The notes under the pieces were generated by a model. It was not told the DNA's origin, searched no databases, and saw nothing but the letters and a program-made list of their open reading frames with translations. Below, piece after piece: positions 37,198 to 37,748 of a DNA stretch of 37,748 bases (its first letter is position 1; every line of letters starts with the position of its first letter). The DNA is from Utricularia gibba (lineage: Eukaryota > Plantae > Magnoliophyta): contig NEEC01000269.1 in assembly GCA_002189035.1 (NCBI GenBank), forward strand, positions 1 to 37,748. The letters run 5' to 3'. Made by a program: the position numbers and the translations under genes.

Positions 37198-37748
37198 ATG
37201 CTTTTCTACGCATTAACATCCATGCGCACCTCCTCTCTTCTCTCCACTGCTGGACAGATCTCGCTAGCTTTACTGTTATGTGGAAGTGTTTCGGACTTCT
37301 TAACGATTGGACAGGGTGAATGAGATCGGTTGCCTATTGTTGCTCCCGTTTTAATACATGAGGATGTGTGGAGATTAGACAAGCACTGATGTGCAAGTCC
37401 AAAGCACCATAAAGTCCATCCCATGGCCTCTAAACAAGTACTTCACCATTCATGTATCGTCAAACGATACCAAGGGGGTACACCTTGAGCAACGACATGG
37501 GTTATAACAGTAACAAGATCCCACACTGCTTAGTGTATCTTGTTGCTTTCTCTCGTGATGTTCCATGGTATCATGGTGAGACGTTCGAAGAGGAGTTACA
37601 AGTTCACTCCATGGTGGATCATGGTGCACCATTGTGACTTTTTTGAGGGTGTTATGTGGTGCAACAAACTCAGCCAACAACTAATGAATATTACAATGTG
37701 ACCATGGAGCCTCCATGTACTTTACCAACCTCCAACAACGTGCGATGG
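37198..37748 (+). repeat. Diverged satellite monomer running off the right edge
   Basis: Collinear with monomer positions from catccatgcgcac through ccaacaacgtgcgatgg. Confidence 0.92.

Overview
Plant nuclear heterochromatin with no host genes. Bases 1 to ~24,660 are a head-to-tail array of ~18 near-identical ~1,364-bp monomers. The monomer is about 45-50% GC by sample count, CpG-rich, and I cannot assign it to a known family. The recurring ORFs in this part are by-products of the repeat. At ~24,660 the array passes in register into progressively more diverged, CpG-eroded monomers of the same family. These persist, all in the same orientation, to the end of the window. They are broken up by LTR-retrotransposon debris: (1) an internally deleted CRM-clade Ty3/gypsy element (minus strand, 27,635-31,650) whose upstream LTR carries both a PBS and a PPT plus integrase tail; (2) a 350-bp solo LTR with a perfect TSD inside that element; (3) a CRM-type solo LTR inside a monomer; (4) a CRM-like RT-RNaseH fragment; (5) three pieces of an Angela-like Ty1/copia element. 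The best overall reading is the edge of a long-monomer satellite array in a probable centromeric or pericentromeric region. This is inference. Many 1-bp differences between young monomers look like consensus errors. All identities and counts are manual estimates.
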